Assembly: GCA_002269645.1 (NCBI GenBank)
Contig: NIVC01001145.1
Location: 248,001 to 312,000 of the forward strand
DNA length: 64,000 nucleotides
Reading direction: 5' to 3'
Origin: Macrostomum lignano
Taxonomy: Eukaryota
The translations under genes and the position numbers were made by a program. Under the pieces are notes generated by a model, which saw nothing but the letters and a program-made list of their open reading frames with translations, did not search any database and was not told where the DNA came from. Positions 1 through 12,279 of the stretch are shown here, one piece after another (position 1 is the stretch's first letter; every line of letters starts with the position of its first letter).

Positions 1-173
1 AGAAACATGCTGTTCACCCGACAGTCAATGCTCTTTTACAAAACGACAACTGGGCCAAACAGAAATTAATTTATTATTGTGGCGATTGTTAAAACGCATA
101 TAAAAGCCCTGAGGAGTACGCTGGAATTTTAATTTCAACGGGCCCCAGAACCTAAAGGCCGCCATTATTTGGT

Positions 174-722
174 GTCTTGGGCGCCCCTGTCTCTTGGTGG
201 GCGCCCTGTCTCTTGGTGGGCGCCCCTGTCTCTTGGTGGGCGCCCTGTCTCTTGGTGGGCGCCCCTGTCTCTTGGTGGGCGCCCCTGTCTCTTGGTGGGC
301 GCCCCTGTCTCTTGGTGGGCGCCCTGTCTCTTGGTGGGCGCCCTGTCTCTTGGTGGGCGCCCCTGTCTCTTGGTGGGCGCCCCTATCTCTTAGGTGGGCG
401 CCCCTGTCTCTTAGGTTTGCGCCCCTGTCTCTTGGTGGGCGCCCCTATCTCTTAGGTGGGCGCCCCTGTCTCTTGGTGGGCGCCCTGTCTCTTGGTGGGC
501 GCCCCTGTCTCTTAGGTTTGCGCCCCTGTCTCTTGGTGGGCGCCCCTGTCTCTTAGGTGGGCGCCCCTATCTCTTAGGTGGGCGCCCCTGTCTCTTAGGT
601 TGGCGCCCCTGTCTCTTAGGTGGGCGCCCCTATCTCTTAGGTGGGCGCCCCTGTCTCTTAGGTTGGCGCCCCTGTCTCTCGGTGGGCGCCCCTGTCTCTC
701 GGTGGGCGCCCCTGTCTCTTAG
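174..722. repeat. 21-22 bp GC-rich minisatellite (ggtgggcgcccctgtctctt[a]) in a villin intron
   Basis: About 25 tandem copies visible; ends ~70 bp from the donor at 794. Confidence 0.95.
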
Positions 723-794
723 CCAGGGAAGCCAGGGAGTAGAGGGAGATGTAAGGATGCAGAGAAACCAAGCCGCCTCGCATACGAGTCTCAC

Positions 795-1172
795 CTGTCT
801 ACAGCGGGGGCTCCGCTTCCCCTTGACCTGATACAGCTTTGGCTCGTGGCTGTCTCTGTCCACGTGGCTCAACCCGGACTTGACGCCGCCCTCGTTGTAC
901 TTAATGCCCTTCTTGAAGTAGGCCAGAAAGGCCAAACTCTCGTTGCCTTCCACTTCACGATGCTGCACCGGGGCACCGCCGCACAGGTCGTCAAGTTCGA
1001 CAGTTTTGAATGCGGCCACTGTGGACTCATCCTGTGAGCAGCCGGATCCAAGCCAAAAGTGCACGTGCTGCTCTAGGCGGCCCTTGATCTCCAGGCAGCT
1101 GTAGACTATGTAGGCGTCACCCCTGTAGAAATTGCCCCACTGAGGCTTCGGCACGGCGACCACCTTCATTTC
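795..1172 (-). CDS. Villin/advillin/gelsolin-family protein, internal exon (gelsolin repeat G1 and start of G2); gene continues off the left edge
   Basis: EMKVVAVPKPQWGNFYRGDAYIV...HVHFWLG...SQDE...AAFKTVELDD...PVQHREVEGNES...FLAYFKKGIKYNEGGVKSG...KLYQVKGKR; acceptor ttcctcag at 1173, donor gtgaga at 794; 378 nt, phase 0/0. Confidence 0.93.
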
Positions 1173-1284
1173 CTGAGGAAGTTTGGTGAGCAAGGTGGTT
1201 TGAATCCTTGAATTGCGGTAAACTGTATTCATGAATGACCAACGGAGGCCTAAGATCAAAGGGGATTTAAATTAACGCGACCTA

Positions 1285-1520
1285 TTGAAGATCAAAGACG
1301 GCATGGTGTGGGTTGCGGCAAACTACTGAAAGATCAAAGGCGAGGCATGGTGAGGGTTGCGGCAAACTACTGAAAGATCAAAGGCGAGGCATGGTGTGGG
1401 TTGCGGCAAACTACTGAAAGATCAAAGGCGAGGCATGGTGAGGGTTGCGGCAAACTACTGAAAGATCAAAGGCGAGGCATGGTGAGGGTTGCGGCAAACT
1501 ACTGATAGATCAAAGGCGGT
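1285..1520. repeat. 44 bp tandem repeat, ~5 copies
   Basis: tgaaagatcaaaggcgaggcatggtgagggttgcggcaaactac recurs at 1327, 1371 and onward. Confidence 0.92.
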
Positions 1521-2079
1521 GTGGTGTGGATCGATAAAGGTCGTAAGTAGCTCGTATGAGTGAAAAGAAACTGCAAAAGTGTCCAGTAGGAAAGGATGCT
1601 AGCAAAGTGTTTGGATGAACCACGCCCATTTTAAAAGTTCACAGCAAATTTCCAGTTAAGCTCAATATCGTTTATTTAGTGCAAACACTACAGTGCATTA
1701 GAGAATGCACGAATGTACACCTAGCTGAGTACACATCTCACTACTGAAGCGCCCCGCCCAACTGCTCAAACTCAACACCGGGAATTAGGTGGGGCACAGA
1801 GTGGATGAGTCTATGAAATCCCGGTTACTAAGGCAGTTGCTGAGCAGATATGGATGCGGTGTGGAGGTCATGGAGCGCTGTCCGATCAATGAATGCGTCC
1901 CCGGTTTACTTAATGGGGAAATGAGCTTTTGTCATTAATGTTTTAGTTGCCACGCCGCGAAGGTGAGCAGGTGGGCGTTTTGGGATGGAAAAGATCGATA
2001 AACATCCGCGTTTAGTGTGTGATTTGATCTTGGAACATTTATCCAGATGAAATAATCAGTAACTGGGTGAGAGGGGAGG

Positions 2080-2938
<859 letters not shown>

Positions 2939-3904
2939 GTGGCAGAGTTTCCTAATTCTTTGTCCCAGGTCAAGAAAAGCAGAGTTCGGTGTCCAACATG
3001 CACAGCAAATTGGAAGCCCATGTGACAAACTGTGCGCTTCCGAGGGGCTTTTAGCAAAGCAACAAAGCGCAGTGCGCTGTGTGCGCCTCACGTCCTCAAA
3101 TAGCTGTTAAAATCTGTAAGGCTACCTGACCCCAAATGCGACAGGCACCTTTGCAGACTAAGGCTGGGCAAGGGAGGAGACGGCGTATTATCGATTGATT
3201 TTGGTTGAATCGATTTTTTAGTATTTTAGGGGTAGGGCGGAGAACCGGCCATACGAGAAACTAAGGCCAGGCAGGGGAGCTGAGCGAGAGTGAGAGTTGG
3301 AGAGACGAATTTAAGCGCATTTTTATGCGCACGCAAATTTTCTAATCGGCCGCCGCTGTCGCAGCTTGAGCTGTTTGGGGGGGGGGGTCTGGCCTGGCTA
3401 TGTGACTGAAGGCGAGGCACAATGGACCTATGGGCTAGAACAATAAGGGTGTGAGAGAGAACCTTTATGGCAATATATATATATATATATATGTTTTTCT
3501 TTTGTCAACCGTTCCTGTACCCTAACCTATAGATGAAGCTTGACTGAGTTTTGCCCTTGTTTTATTGCCTTTGGACAGACGTTTTTTTTGAAACGGCTAC
3601 TCATGATTTCTGCTTCTGTAGTAGATTGCTGCATTTCCACACAGCAATAAACTGTGCGAGGACGCGACCTCTGGCCGCATTAGCATGTTGTTTCACCTCG
3701 ATCGATTAGAATTCACTCCTGTCAGTAAAACCCGGCTCTGAGAAAGCAGATTTGAAATCGAGGAAAATAATAAAAGGATTCAAGATCAGGCTGAGGGAGT
3801 TGAAGTCGGAGAGTTTGAGATAGTGGGAGACAGGGATAGAGGAACCGGAGGAATGAGGATAGGAGAAACGGAGAGGGGTGAGAAATGGTGAGGAGAGATA
3901 AGAG

Positions 3905-4970
3905 CTGAGCTGGGGTGAGATGAGAGAAATAGAGAGGAGAGATAAGAGAAATCAGGGGAGAGATGAGAGAAATAGAGAGGAGAGATTAGAGAAATCGGGG
4001 GAGAGATGAGAGAAATCAGGGGAGAGATGAGAGAAATAGAAGGGAAGAGATGAGAGAAATTGGGGGAGAGATGAGAGAAATAGAAGGGGGGAGATGAGAG
4101 AAATTGGGGGTGAGATGAGAGAAATCGGGGGGAGAGATGAGAGAAATAGAAGGGGAGAGATGAGAGAAATTGGGGGAGAGATAAGAGAAATCGGGGGAAA
4201 GATGAGAGAAATAGAAGGGGAGAGATAAGAGAAATTGGGGGAGAGATGAGAGAAATTGGGGGAGAGATGAGAGAAATTGGGGGAGAGATGAGAGAAATTG
4301 GGAGAGAGATGAGAGAAATAGAAGGGGAGAGATGAGAGAAATTGGGGGAGAGATAAGAGAAATAGAAGGGAAGAGATGAGAGAAATTGGGGGAGATAAGA
4401 GAAATAGGGGGAGATAAGAGAAATAGAAGGGAAGAGATGAGAGAAATTGGGGGAGAGATAAGAGAAATCGGGGGAGAGATGAGAGAAATTGGGGGAGAGA
4501 TGAGAGAAATTGGGGGAGAGATGAGAGAAATTGGGGGAGAGATAAGAGAAATTGGGGGAGAGATGAGAGAAATTGGGGAGAGATGAGAGAAATTGGGGAG
4601 AGATGAGAGAAATTGGGGGAGAGATGAGAGAAATTGGGGGAAGATGAGAGAAATTGGGGGAGAGATGATAGAAATTGGGGGAGAGATGAGAGAAATTGGG
4701 AGAGAGATGAGAGAAATAGAAGGGGAGAGATGAGAGAAATTGGGGGAGAGATAAGAGAAATTGGGGGAGAGATGAGAGAAATAGAAGGGGAGAGATAAGA
4801 GAAATTGGGGGAGAGATGAGAGAAATTGGGGGAGAGATGAGAGAAATTGGGGAGAGATGAGAGAAATTGGGGGAGAGATGAGAGAAATTGGGGGAGAGAT
4901 GAGAGAAATAGATAGGAGAGATGAGAGAAATTGGGGGAGAGATGAGAGAAATTGGGGGAGAGATTAGAAT
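3905..4970. repeat. ~21 bp purine-rich minisatellite (gagagatgagagaaattgggg)
   Basis: Direct inspection. Confidence 0.93.
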
Positions 4971-5160
4971 AAGAGAAGAGACAGAGGAGTCTGGATAAAG
5001 GAAAGATTAAGTGAAAGAGTAAGTCATTGCCCCAAGAAACAAAAAAAATTAGACTGATAAAAAATAAGTCAGCACAATTTACTGATCATGCTGTTAATTT
5101 AGTGATACTTGCAGGAAAAAATCCCCACTATAATATTCATCAGAGTATACAAAAAATTAC

Positions 5161-5247
5161 CTCGATTCGCCACACAGCAAAGTAGGGCTTATTAAGTGGT
5201 ATCGATTTGAAGGCCAGATCAATGGCCCCCTGAGGCAGCTGCGACAT
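5161..5247 (-). CDS. Villin-family gene, ATG-containing exon (whole exon 5161-5264)
   Basis: Manual translation MSQLPQGAIDLAFKSIPLNKPYFAVWRIE; donor gtaatt at 5160 joins in phase 0 to EMKVVAVP, giving the family motif WRIExMxxVxVP; acceptor ttttctacattgcag at 5265. Too short for the ORF track. Confidence 0.88.
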
Positions 5248-6963
5248 TGTGACGAGGTGCTCCACTGCAATGTAGAAAATTGTTTTATTTTTTATTAAAT
5301 CAAATCACAATATGGAATATGGAGCAGAGCTTTGGCTAAGCTAATTTTAGAAAATTGCAATTAACAAGTGCAATATTGGAATTCTCTGAGTAATGTGCAG
5401 GATAGTTCATCAACTTCAAGTCAAGACATGCAATAAATGCTTGCTAAAATTGTGTGTATTTTTGCACAACAGAAATTAACACAAATAGGTGTATCAATAG
5501 GTGTATCAATGCAACTTAAGTTGGAATACCCCACTGATAGTCACTAATAGTTTTCAAAAAGACAATGGTTTTTGAAAACATTTTTTTCTGTTTTTAAAAC
5601 TTTTTCAAACAACCCAAGTCAAATCAATCTGAATAAAAATGATAGACAATAGTGCCAAGAGAGGCGAAAGTGCTTTACTATGCTTTAGCTATAGAGAATA
5701 CACAAAGATTTCAGCATCAGATTTACAGTAAATCTGGTGTTACTTTTATCTTTCCAGTTAGAGTAGATGCATTACATTTTAATCTAAAAAATCTAATGAA
5801 GTTTAAGTTTAACTTACTCTTTATTCAGTAGCCCTTTTAATGAAAGATAAATAAAAATATTTTTCATTCAAAGCTTTATGGAAAAAGAAAAGTAAGAAAA
5901 ATAGATTATTTTGTTTGTTTATTGTGCATTGCATTTTCTGACTCAGAATAAACCTGACTTAGAAATAGGCCCACAGATTAGCATAAGGAAAATGCATAAA
6001 CCAAGAAAGCAAAGAGTTCAACTACTTTTAGGTTTTAAAAAAGTTACCTTAACAAAATTATGTTTAAAAAACTAAATTAAGTGTATTTAATTTATTATAT
6101 CAACAGTATCTGTATCAGTAAAACTGCTGATGTGCAACTGCAAGCCTGTACATACATATTATATTTTAAGTTATAGTTATCCCATATACTAAAATATACA
6201 TCTACGATCGAATAATAAACACAAAAAAAGAAATTTTTGTTACCAACCTAATATATTTAGGTGATACACAGAGCGACACAATTTTTTTAAATTAAGGTAT
6301 CTGTACTCTCGTGCAGTTTCAAAACAGAAACTCGTGTTGCAAAGTTAGCGCTCTGAGAAATAAATGGAAAATCGTCACGAAGTTAAATTGTTGCCGTTGT
6401 ATTGTCAAGCTTATTCTTGTCGTTTATCACGAAACTATTTCGTGCATTGATTGGCTTGTTTAGGTGGCGGCAAAGAAGATAAGTAATATCTAGCAACTAA
6501 TTCTCTTCATTTTCTTTGCGAAAATCGCTAAATTTCAATGTTAGGTTCGTTGTTATCTTATTTGAGAGAATTTTTCATTTTGCAAAGCTCCGTCAAATGA
6601 AATATAAAAGTAATGTGTCGTGCGTAATATGCCTGCGACGCGTCTATCCCATAGGCAAAATGTTAATCGCTCAATAAATCATTTTAGGACAATTTTTTAA
6701 TAGCTCATCGGTCAAATGTGCATGATGCTAGACCCTGAGGCCACCGCGGCGCTCTGGTCAGCAATAAACAACAGTCCACAGAAACCAAAGCCGCAGGCCA
6801 GCAGCTGTCAGCGATGCGGCCGGAGGCACGATCCGGACGCCAAGGCAAGCTAGCTGGGTGCATGAAGTGCAAACCGCGGCAAGCTCAATCACTTGAGTCA
6901 ATGTTGCCGCTCGCAGCAAGGCTTTACAGATCAGGGCGGATGAGTCAGGTGCTCGTACATGTA

Positions 6964-8248
6964 CAGGGCTGATCTCAATATATAAGTTTCCGGATGTGCA
7001 TAGTCGAGAGGCGGCTGACAAAATCTGACACCATAGGTGTCAAGTACATCATATAAGTACAATGTTTGTAAAGTTTCAGACGCACTAGTCATATATAGCC
7101 AGTGAACTTAGAGTGAAGCACCCAAACCAAGCTAGCATACCCACCCTATCTATCAAATTCACAATGGAGCTCAATAGGAGTCATTTTAGAGCTTTAAAAG
7201 TGGTTTGTGGCAGCAAACAATTCTTGAGCGATTGCGAGGAGCTTTTGGGGATGAAGCACCTTCTAGATCGACCGTTTTTATGTTGACTGGTTTGCCTAAT
7301 TTCGATGCGGCAGGCAGAGTCTGGATGATGAGGAGCGCAGCGGTCGGTCTGTCTCCGCAACGGCCAAGTATAATGTTTGCTGCTGTCCGGGCCATGGTTG
7401 AGGCCACAGTGACTGTGGTCCAAATAGAGGCAGAGTTGGGCATCTCATCAGGATCCATCAGGACGATCCTGCATTCACAGCTCAACCTGAGCAAGATTTC
7501 TGCACGCTGGGTGCCTCATCAGCTGGCTCCGGAGAAGAAAGGAGGCTCGGGTGACCTGGTGCCGCACCATGCTCGACATTCAACGGAGGCAGCTCAAACT
7601 CGGTCTGGGATATCGTCAGTGGTGACGAGTCCTGGATCTATAGTTTCGACCCGGAGACTAAAGCAGCAGTCGGCCCAGTGGACTCCAGTTAGCGGCACCC
7701 CATCGTCCAAGCTTCGGCGAGAGCGCAGCGTGGCGAAGCAGATGGTGGCCGTTTGGCCATCTGGCCACGGTTCCACTCGTGCAGCAGCGCACAGTCACCG
7801 GTGACTGGTACGCCAACGTTTGCCTGCCAGAAGTGCTGAGTGGTCTCTCCAGGCGTCGCCCAAGAACTCGAGCTTGGGGCTCTCATCACAACAACGCCCC
7901 GGCCCACAAAGCTCGACAGGTGGCGGAGTTCCTGGCCGGAGAGCGCATTCAAGAGCTCGGTCATCCACCCTACAGCCCCGACCTGGCCCCCTGCGACTTT
8001 TTTGTTTCCACAAATCAAGCGCAGGATGCGTGGAATCCGCTATGGATCACTAAAGCTGCACTGGAGGCCTTCATCCGGCATGTGGAGGAGGTGCCTGCTT
8101 CAGATTGGTCCAGCTGCTTCAGCAAGTGATTTAGGCGCATGAAAATTTGCATCGAATCTGCTGAAGAGTACTTTGAAAAGATGTAAGTGTTTTTTCTCTC
8201 TAACTATTTCTGTCTGGGCACATCCGGAAACTTATTGCTCAGCCCTCG
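6964..8248 (+). mobile_element. Mariner (Tc1/mariner) DNA transposon, ~1.29 kb, non-functional copy
   Basis: Right TIR reverse complement CGAGGGCTGAGCAATAAGTTTCCGGATGTGC matches a degenerate left TIR (cagggctga...taagtttccggatgtgc); TA at 6962-6963 and 8249-8250. Confidence 0.9.
7164..8186 (+). pseudogene. Mariner transposase pseudogene
   Basis: Across frameshifts: MELNRSHFRA..., WVPHQL, IVSGDESWIYSFDPETKQQSAQW, HHNNAPAH (catalytic D changed to N), HPPYSPDLAPCDF, RMKICIESAEEYFEKM*. Confidence 0.92.
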
Positions 8249-9259
8249 TAAGGGCACTGATAAAATCCGAGCGGAGTTGACAGCTCCAACAGGTTACATG
8301 TAAATTTTGAAAAATTACCATGGAAATTATAGTTTTACCTCCTGGTGGGAGAAACCGGCAAAGGGGCTAATTTCCTGCATTCTGTCACGCATCAAATCCC
8401 AGCTGGCAAGCAATGCAGGATGCGCGCACCGTCTACAATTATTACCAAGGCTTATTGGTTTCTGAGCAAGGGTACTGAAGGGAAGAGAATTAGATAGTAC
8501 ATCTAGCTAAACCTAAATTAAGGTTCTTTCAAAGACACCCAACAGCTGAAGGCAGCAGCGACTTACGTGCATCGCGCCCCAATTGCTTTTGTCTTCACGC
8601 CTCAGGCTTTCCTATTGCAGCTTATCCTAGCTAATTCTAGCTACAAGCTCTCAAAGACAAAAGCTAAAGGAAGACTTTCTGCGGTAAACAAAGGAATAAG
8701 AACAACTGCTTGAATATTAAGAAGCGGTAAAGAAGTTATACTGTGCTAATCTGCTGCAGAAGGTTTCGCTGATCTACACTAAAGGTATTGCTACATGTAT
8801 TCTGTTTGGGATCTGGCAGCTATAAAAGCCAGGTAGTTTGCCCTTTAAAATAATTTGTGTTAAGACCATTATGCTTCGCACTCCGCTTGCCAGCTAGGTC
8901 ATGTGTTATTGTCAAATATTAATATGAAGCTTATGCTGTCACCCAAAACTGTTAGTGCTTTAGTCTTCGAGTAAATACATGTATTTATTCTATATTAATC
9001 CAAAGGCTTAATTAGTGCTGCTGGGCGACTTGGGGTATATTGTCCAAAAAGGAGTAAATCTAAGACTTTGTGCCAAGTTTTTACTTCTGAAACATTCTGA
9101 AACATGAAACATTCAAACAGAAGTTTTGCACATTATGTGTTATACGTAATAAATTCGTTTAGTTTTTTACAATTGACAAAATATGGACAAAAATTAACAA
9201 TTATTCATTAATTTAAGCCCACCATTGAAGTGAAAAAGAATTGCCACATGTCCCTATAG

Positions 9260-10245
9260 ATAGAGATAAAATTTCGTCAATGATAAGGTTCACGTTGGCA
9301 GGAATGCTGTTGCACTGTAATTGAGCTTGAACGTCAGCGATCGAGGCAATTTGATCTTGAGAGCCAGAAACTCGGCGGCCGCATTTTACAATCGCTCTTG
9401 CTCGCTCTGGTGCCTCTGCTCCGCTGTGGCATTCTCTGTTCGCGATCGCACTGCTACTGGTTGCAGTCTTTCAGGTAGTTGGTTGAACAGCATCTTTTTT
9501 CAGCCTCCGCTTGCTCAGAGTCTCGCTGCTCATCTTGCGCTTTCGTCGAGGATTCGAGTCCTGAGAAACAGTCACAAAGTCGCTGTCAAAAAAAAGTGCA
9601 GGGAACATAACCGTGACTCTTTAGTAGGACAATGTCTTCTCTTCCAAACCGTCGCAGCCATTTTTGCAAAAGAGTTTCCCTGTCTAAAGGAAATTCGTGG
9701 AATAAAATTTTCGCAGTGGGCTCGGCAGAAGTCTCGGTAGAAGTCTCGGTAGAAGTCTCGGTAGAAGTCTCGGTAGAAGTCTCGGTAGAAGTCTCGGTAG
9801 AAGTCTCGGTAGAAGTCTCGGTAGAAGTCTCGGTAGAAGTCTCGGTAGAAGTCTCGGCAGAAGTCTCGGTAGAAGTCTCGGTAGAAGTCTCGGTAGAAGT
9901 CTCGGTAGAAGTCTCGGTAGAAGTCTCGGTAGAAGTCTCGGTAGAAGTCTCGGTAGAAGTCTCGGTAGAAGTCTCGGCAGAAGTCTCGGTAGAAGTCTCG
10001 GTAGAAGTCTCGGTAGAAGTCTCGGTAGAAGTCTCGGCAGAAGTCTCGGTAGAAGTCTCGGTAGAAGTCTCGGTAGAAGTCTCGGTAGAAGTCTCGGTAG
10101 AAGTCTCGGTAGAAGTCTCGGTAGAAGTCTCGGTAGAAGTCTCGGTAGAAGTCTCGGTAGAAGTCTCGGTAGAAGTCTCGATAGAAGTCTCGATAGAAGT
10201 GTTGACGATATTATAGCAGGCCGTTTAGAAACCATACAAGGGATC
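9260..10245 (-). pseudogene. THAP-domain / P-element (THAP9-like) transposase N-terminal remnant
   Basis: Manual minus-strand translation across frameshifts: ACYN...(TSTE)n...LFHEFPLDRETLLQKWLRRFGRED / PTKESRLCSLHF / DSDF...RRLKKDAV, i.e. THAP zinc-finger motifs (FHxFP, W, LCSxHF, RLKxDAV). Confidence 0.72.
9722..10200. repeat. 12 bp tandem repeat (gaagtctcggta), ~40 copies
   Basis: Direct inspection. Confidence 0.98.
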
Positions 10246-10499
10246 TTATACAAAAAGATAGAGCCCCAAGCACACAAAATAACTGTTCCTGGCTAAAGAG
10301 AGCATAAAAACCCAAAGGCCATTGTCTGTGCATTTCTGCCCCCCCCCCCCGAAAAAAAAGATCTGGGAAGAGGGATGGATATGCACATAAATGAACATGG
10401 CGCGCAGTAGTGGGGGGAAGTGAGTCAAGTGACAATTTTAATGAGCGGTTCTCAGCCAACAAAGACAGCCCCAACCCTTAAGAAGTTGTAACAAAAGAT

Positions 10500-10684
10500 G
10501 CTATATAGAGAAGTCCTTGCCACACCCCAGCTAATGCTGGCACCCATTTTACAGCTGGGTGAACTGAAGCAGAGCAGAGTTAAATGTCTTGCTCAAAGAC
10601 ACAACTTGTTCCAGTGGGATCGGGAATCGAACCCCCGACCTTCAAGTCGTGAGTCCGAAGCTCCAACCACTAGGGTACAGCCCC
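10500..10684 (-). mobile_element. tRNA-derived SINE with CORE (MIR-like) domain; 3' boundary uncertain
   Basis: Minus strand has A box TAGTGGTTGG (10663-10672) and B box GGTTCGATTCCC (10622-10633), then tgtgtctttgagcaagacatttaactctgctctgcttcagttcacccagctgtaaaatgggt, which resembles the CORE consensus as I recall it (TGTGTGACCTTGGGCAAGTTACTTAACCTCTCTG..CAGTTTCCTCATCTGTAAAATGGG). Confidence 0.78.
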
Positions 10685-10821
10685 TGTCCAACTATACTAG
10701 AAGGAAATCATGAAAATGAGCATTGAAATTGTCGTATTTAGGGCTTGATCTCCCTTTGAAAGTGCCTGGACGTAAAAGAACTAAACCGCTAATATAGCCA
10801 CCTAGCCCTGGGTGTAGCTAC

Positions 10822-10981
10822 CTGGTATTTGCGCTTCAGCGAAATATTGTTTATTGAAATAGTTTATTAATGCTGAAGTATTGGTTGTCTCTGGGTTGTC
10901 TCGAGGTGGCCTGGCAGGTCTTTGTATCCCACCGCTGCCACCAGTGAAGTACTTCTCCTTCTCGGGTTCTCGAAGATGTTC
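10822..10981 (-). CDS. Candidate upstream exon of the villin-family gene (53 open codons, no ATG)
   Basis: Acceptor cattttcag at 10982; EHLREPEKEKYFTGG...YFAEAQIP; donor gtagct at 10821 (phase 1, weak) joins in frame to exon 5264 (G|TG GAG CAC CTC GTC ACA ATG). Confidence 0.5.
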
Positions 10982-11347
10982 CTGAAAATGGAACCCGCTG
11001 CTCCTGAAGAAGCTAGATAGCACCGCAGTACTACCTATCGATTTGCCTGAAAATGAACCTAAAACGTGCCGTTACTTGGTAGGGTTGCTGCCACCTTGGT
11101 GTGCGGACTCGACGCGTCGGCAGAGTTGTCTATCCGTCACCTGAAAGAAAATTAACAAAGTCGCTCGGAGCAAAGGCAAATCTAAAAATGTCTCGACAGT
11201 CGATCGCCTTAGTTGAATGCTGCTCGAACCTGTAACCTGTAAAACCTGAAATGAGAGAGGAGAGCTCGGAGGCAGAGGCTTCGCGAGTTAGCCACAGTGC
11301 TCCGCGAGACGACGCAGTCTGGAGAAAAATGGCTCGCAGATGCTCCG

Positions 11348-11710
11348 TATTTATAGCCGAGCGGACCCCCAAAAGTCACGTGAGTTTCATGCGGTGAGCG
11401 CGTGAAACTTCCTTATTTGGGCATTGGAATCATGCGGGCGACGCGTGATCCAAGGCCAACTTCCAAATAAGGCAACCCTGTCACGCAGCAGTGGCGTGAC
11501 TCAAGGTCAGCGGCCACGCACAGAGTGCGTGCACAGTCACGTGCTTAGTCTGTGCTAAAAATAGAAACGTGGGCGGATGAGTCATCCTGTTTACTCCCTC
11601 TAGGCAGCCCTTACACTCCGCGCAGGTGATGAGTCATCCTGCTACGCCTCCTCAGCGCGAGTGGGAAGACATTGAGTGTGGCTGCCCGCGCCCGCTCAGG
11701 CGATGAGTCA
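11348..11710 (-). promoter_or_regulatory. Pol II promoter/enhancer facing the villin-family gene
   Basis: TATAAATA (11348-11355, minus); CArG boxes 11411-11420 and 11463-11472; CCAAT 11423-11427; MEF2 site CTAAAAATAG 11555-11564; AP-1 TGA(C/G)TCA at 11497, 11578, 11630, 11704; CACGTG at 11377 and 11538. Confidence 0.7.
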
Positions 11711-12279
11711 TCGGGCAGTAAACACTTAGGCCAAGCACAGGGTAACTCTCTCACCAGATCAGGTGGACTGAGCCACTGTGCAGCGGATCACAGCGCCCTT
11801 AGGGAAAGCTAGTGAATGCTGCTGAATAGCCAGTTAGCAGCCAGTCACTACAATGCTAAAATTCCAGTGCAAATGAGACTAAATGCTCATTAACAGATTA
11901 AAACTCGAAAGTTCCACAGCACATCGCATAGGTATAGGCCAGTTTAAAAAAATTTTCAAGAGCATTGCACACCAGATAGTCTAGAAAATTGCACAGAGCA
12001 TTGAATTGCACTGAATTGCTGAGATGCCAAGACTCACGCCTCACGTCGGAATGGCTGTGATGCTGATATCTTAGGTTAAAAATTTGGCTTTCAGGCTTTG
12101 GGGTACTATTTTGCCAATTGATACCCGAAATGGGGTATTTTAAGGCTCAGCCCAACTCTCAGTCCTAGGATATACCGCTAGGATTTTCGAGATCCATTGG
12201 CTGTCGCGAGTAAGTGTTATTCGCTAGCTGGTTCGGAATCCAAAATCAATTCAGTTTTGACTTTGATTTTGTTTTGATG

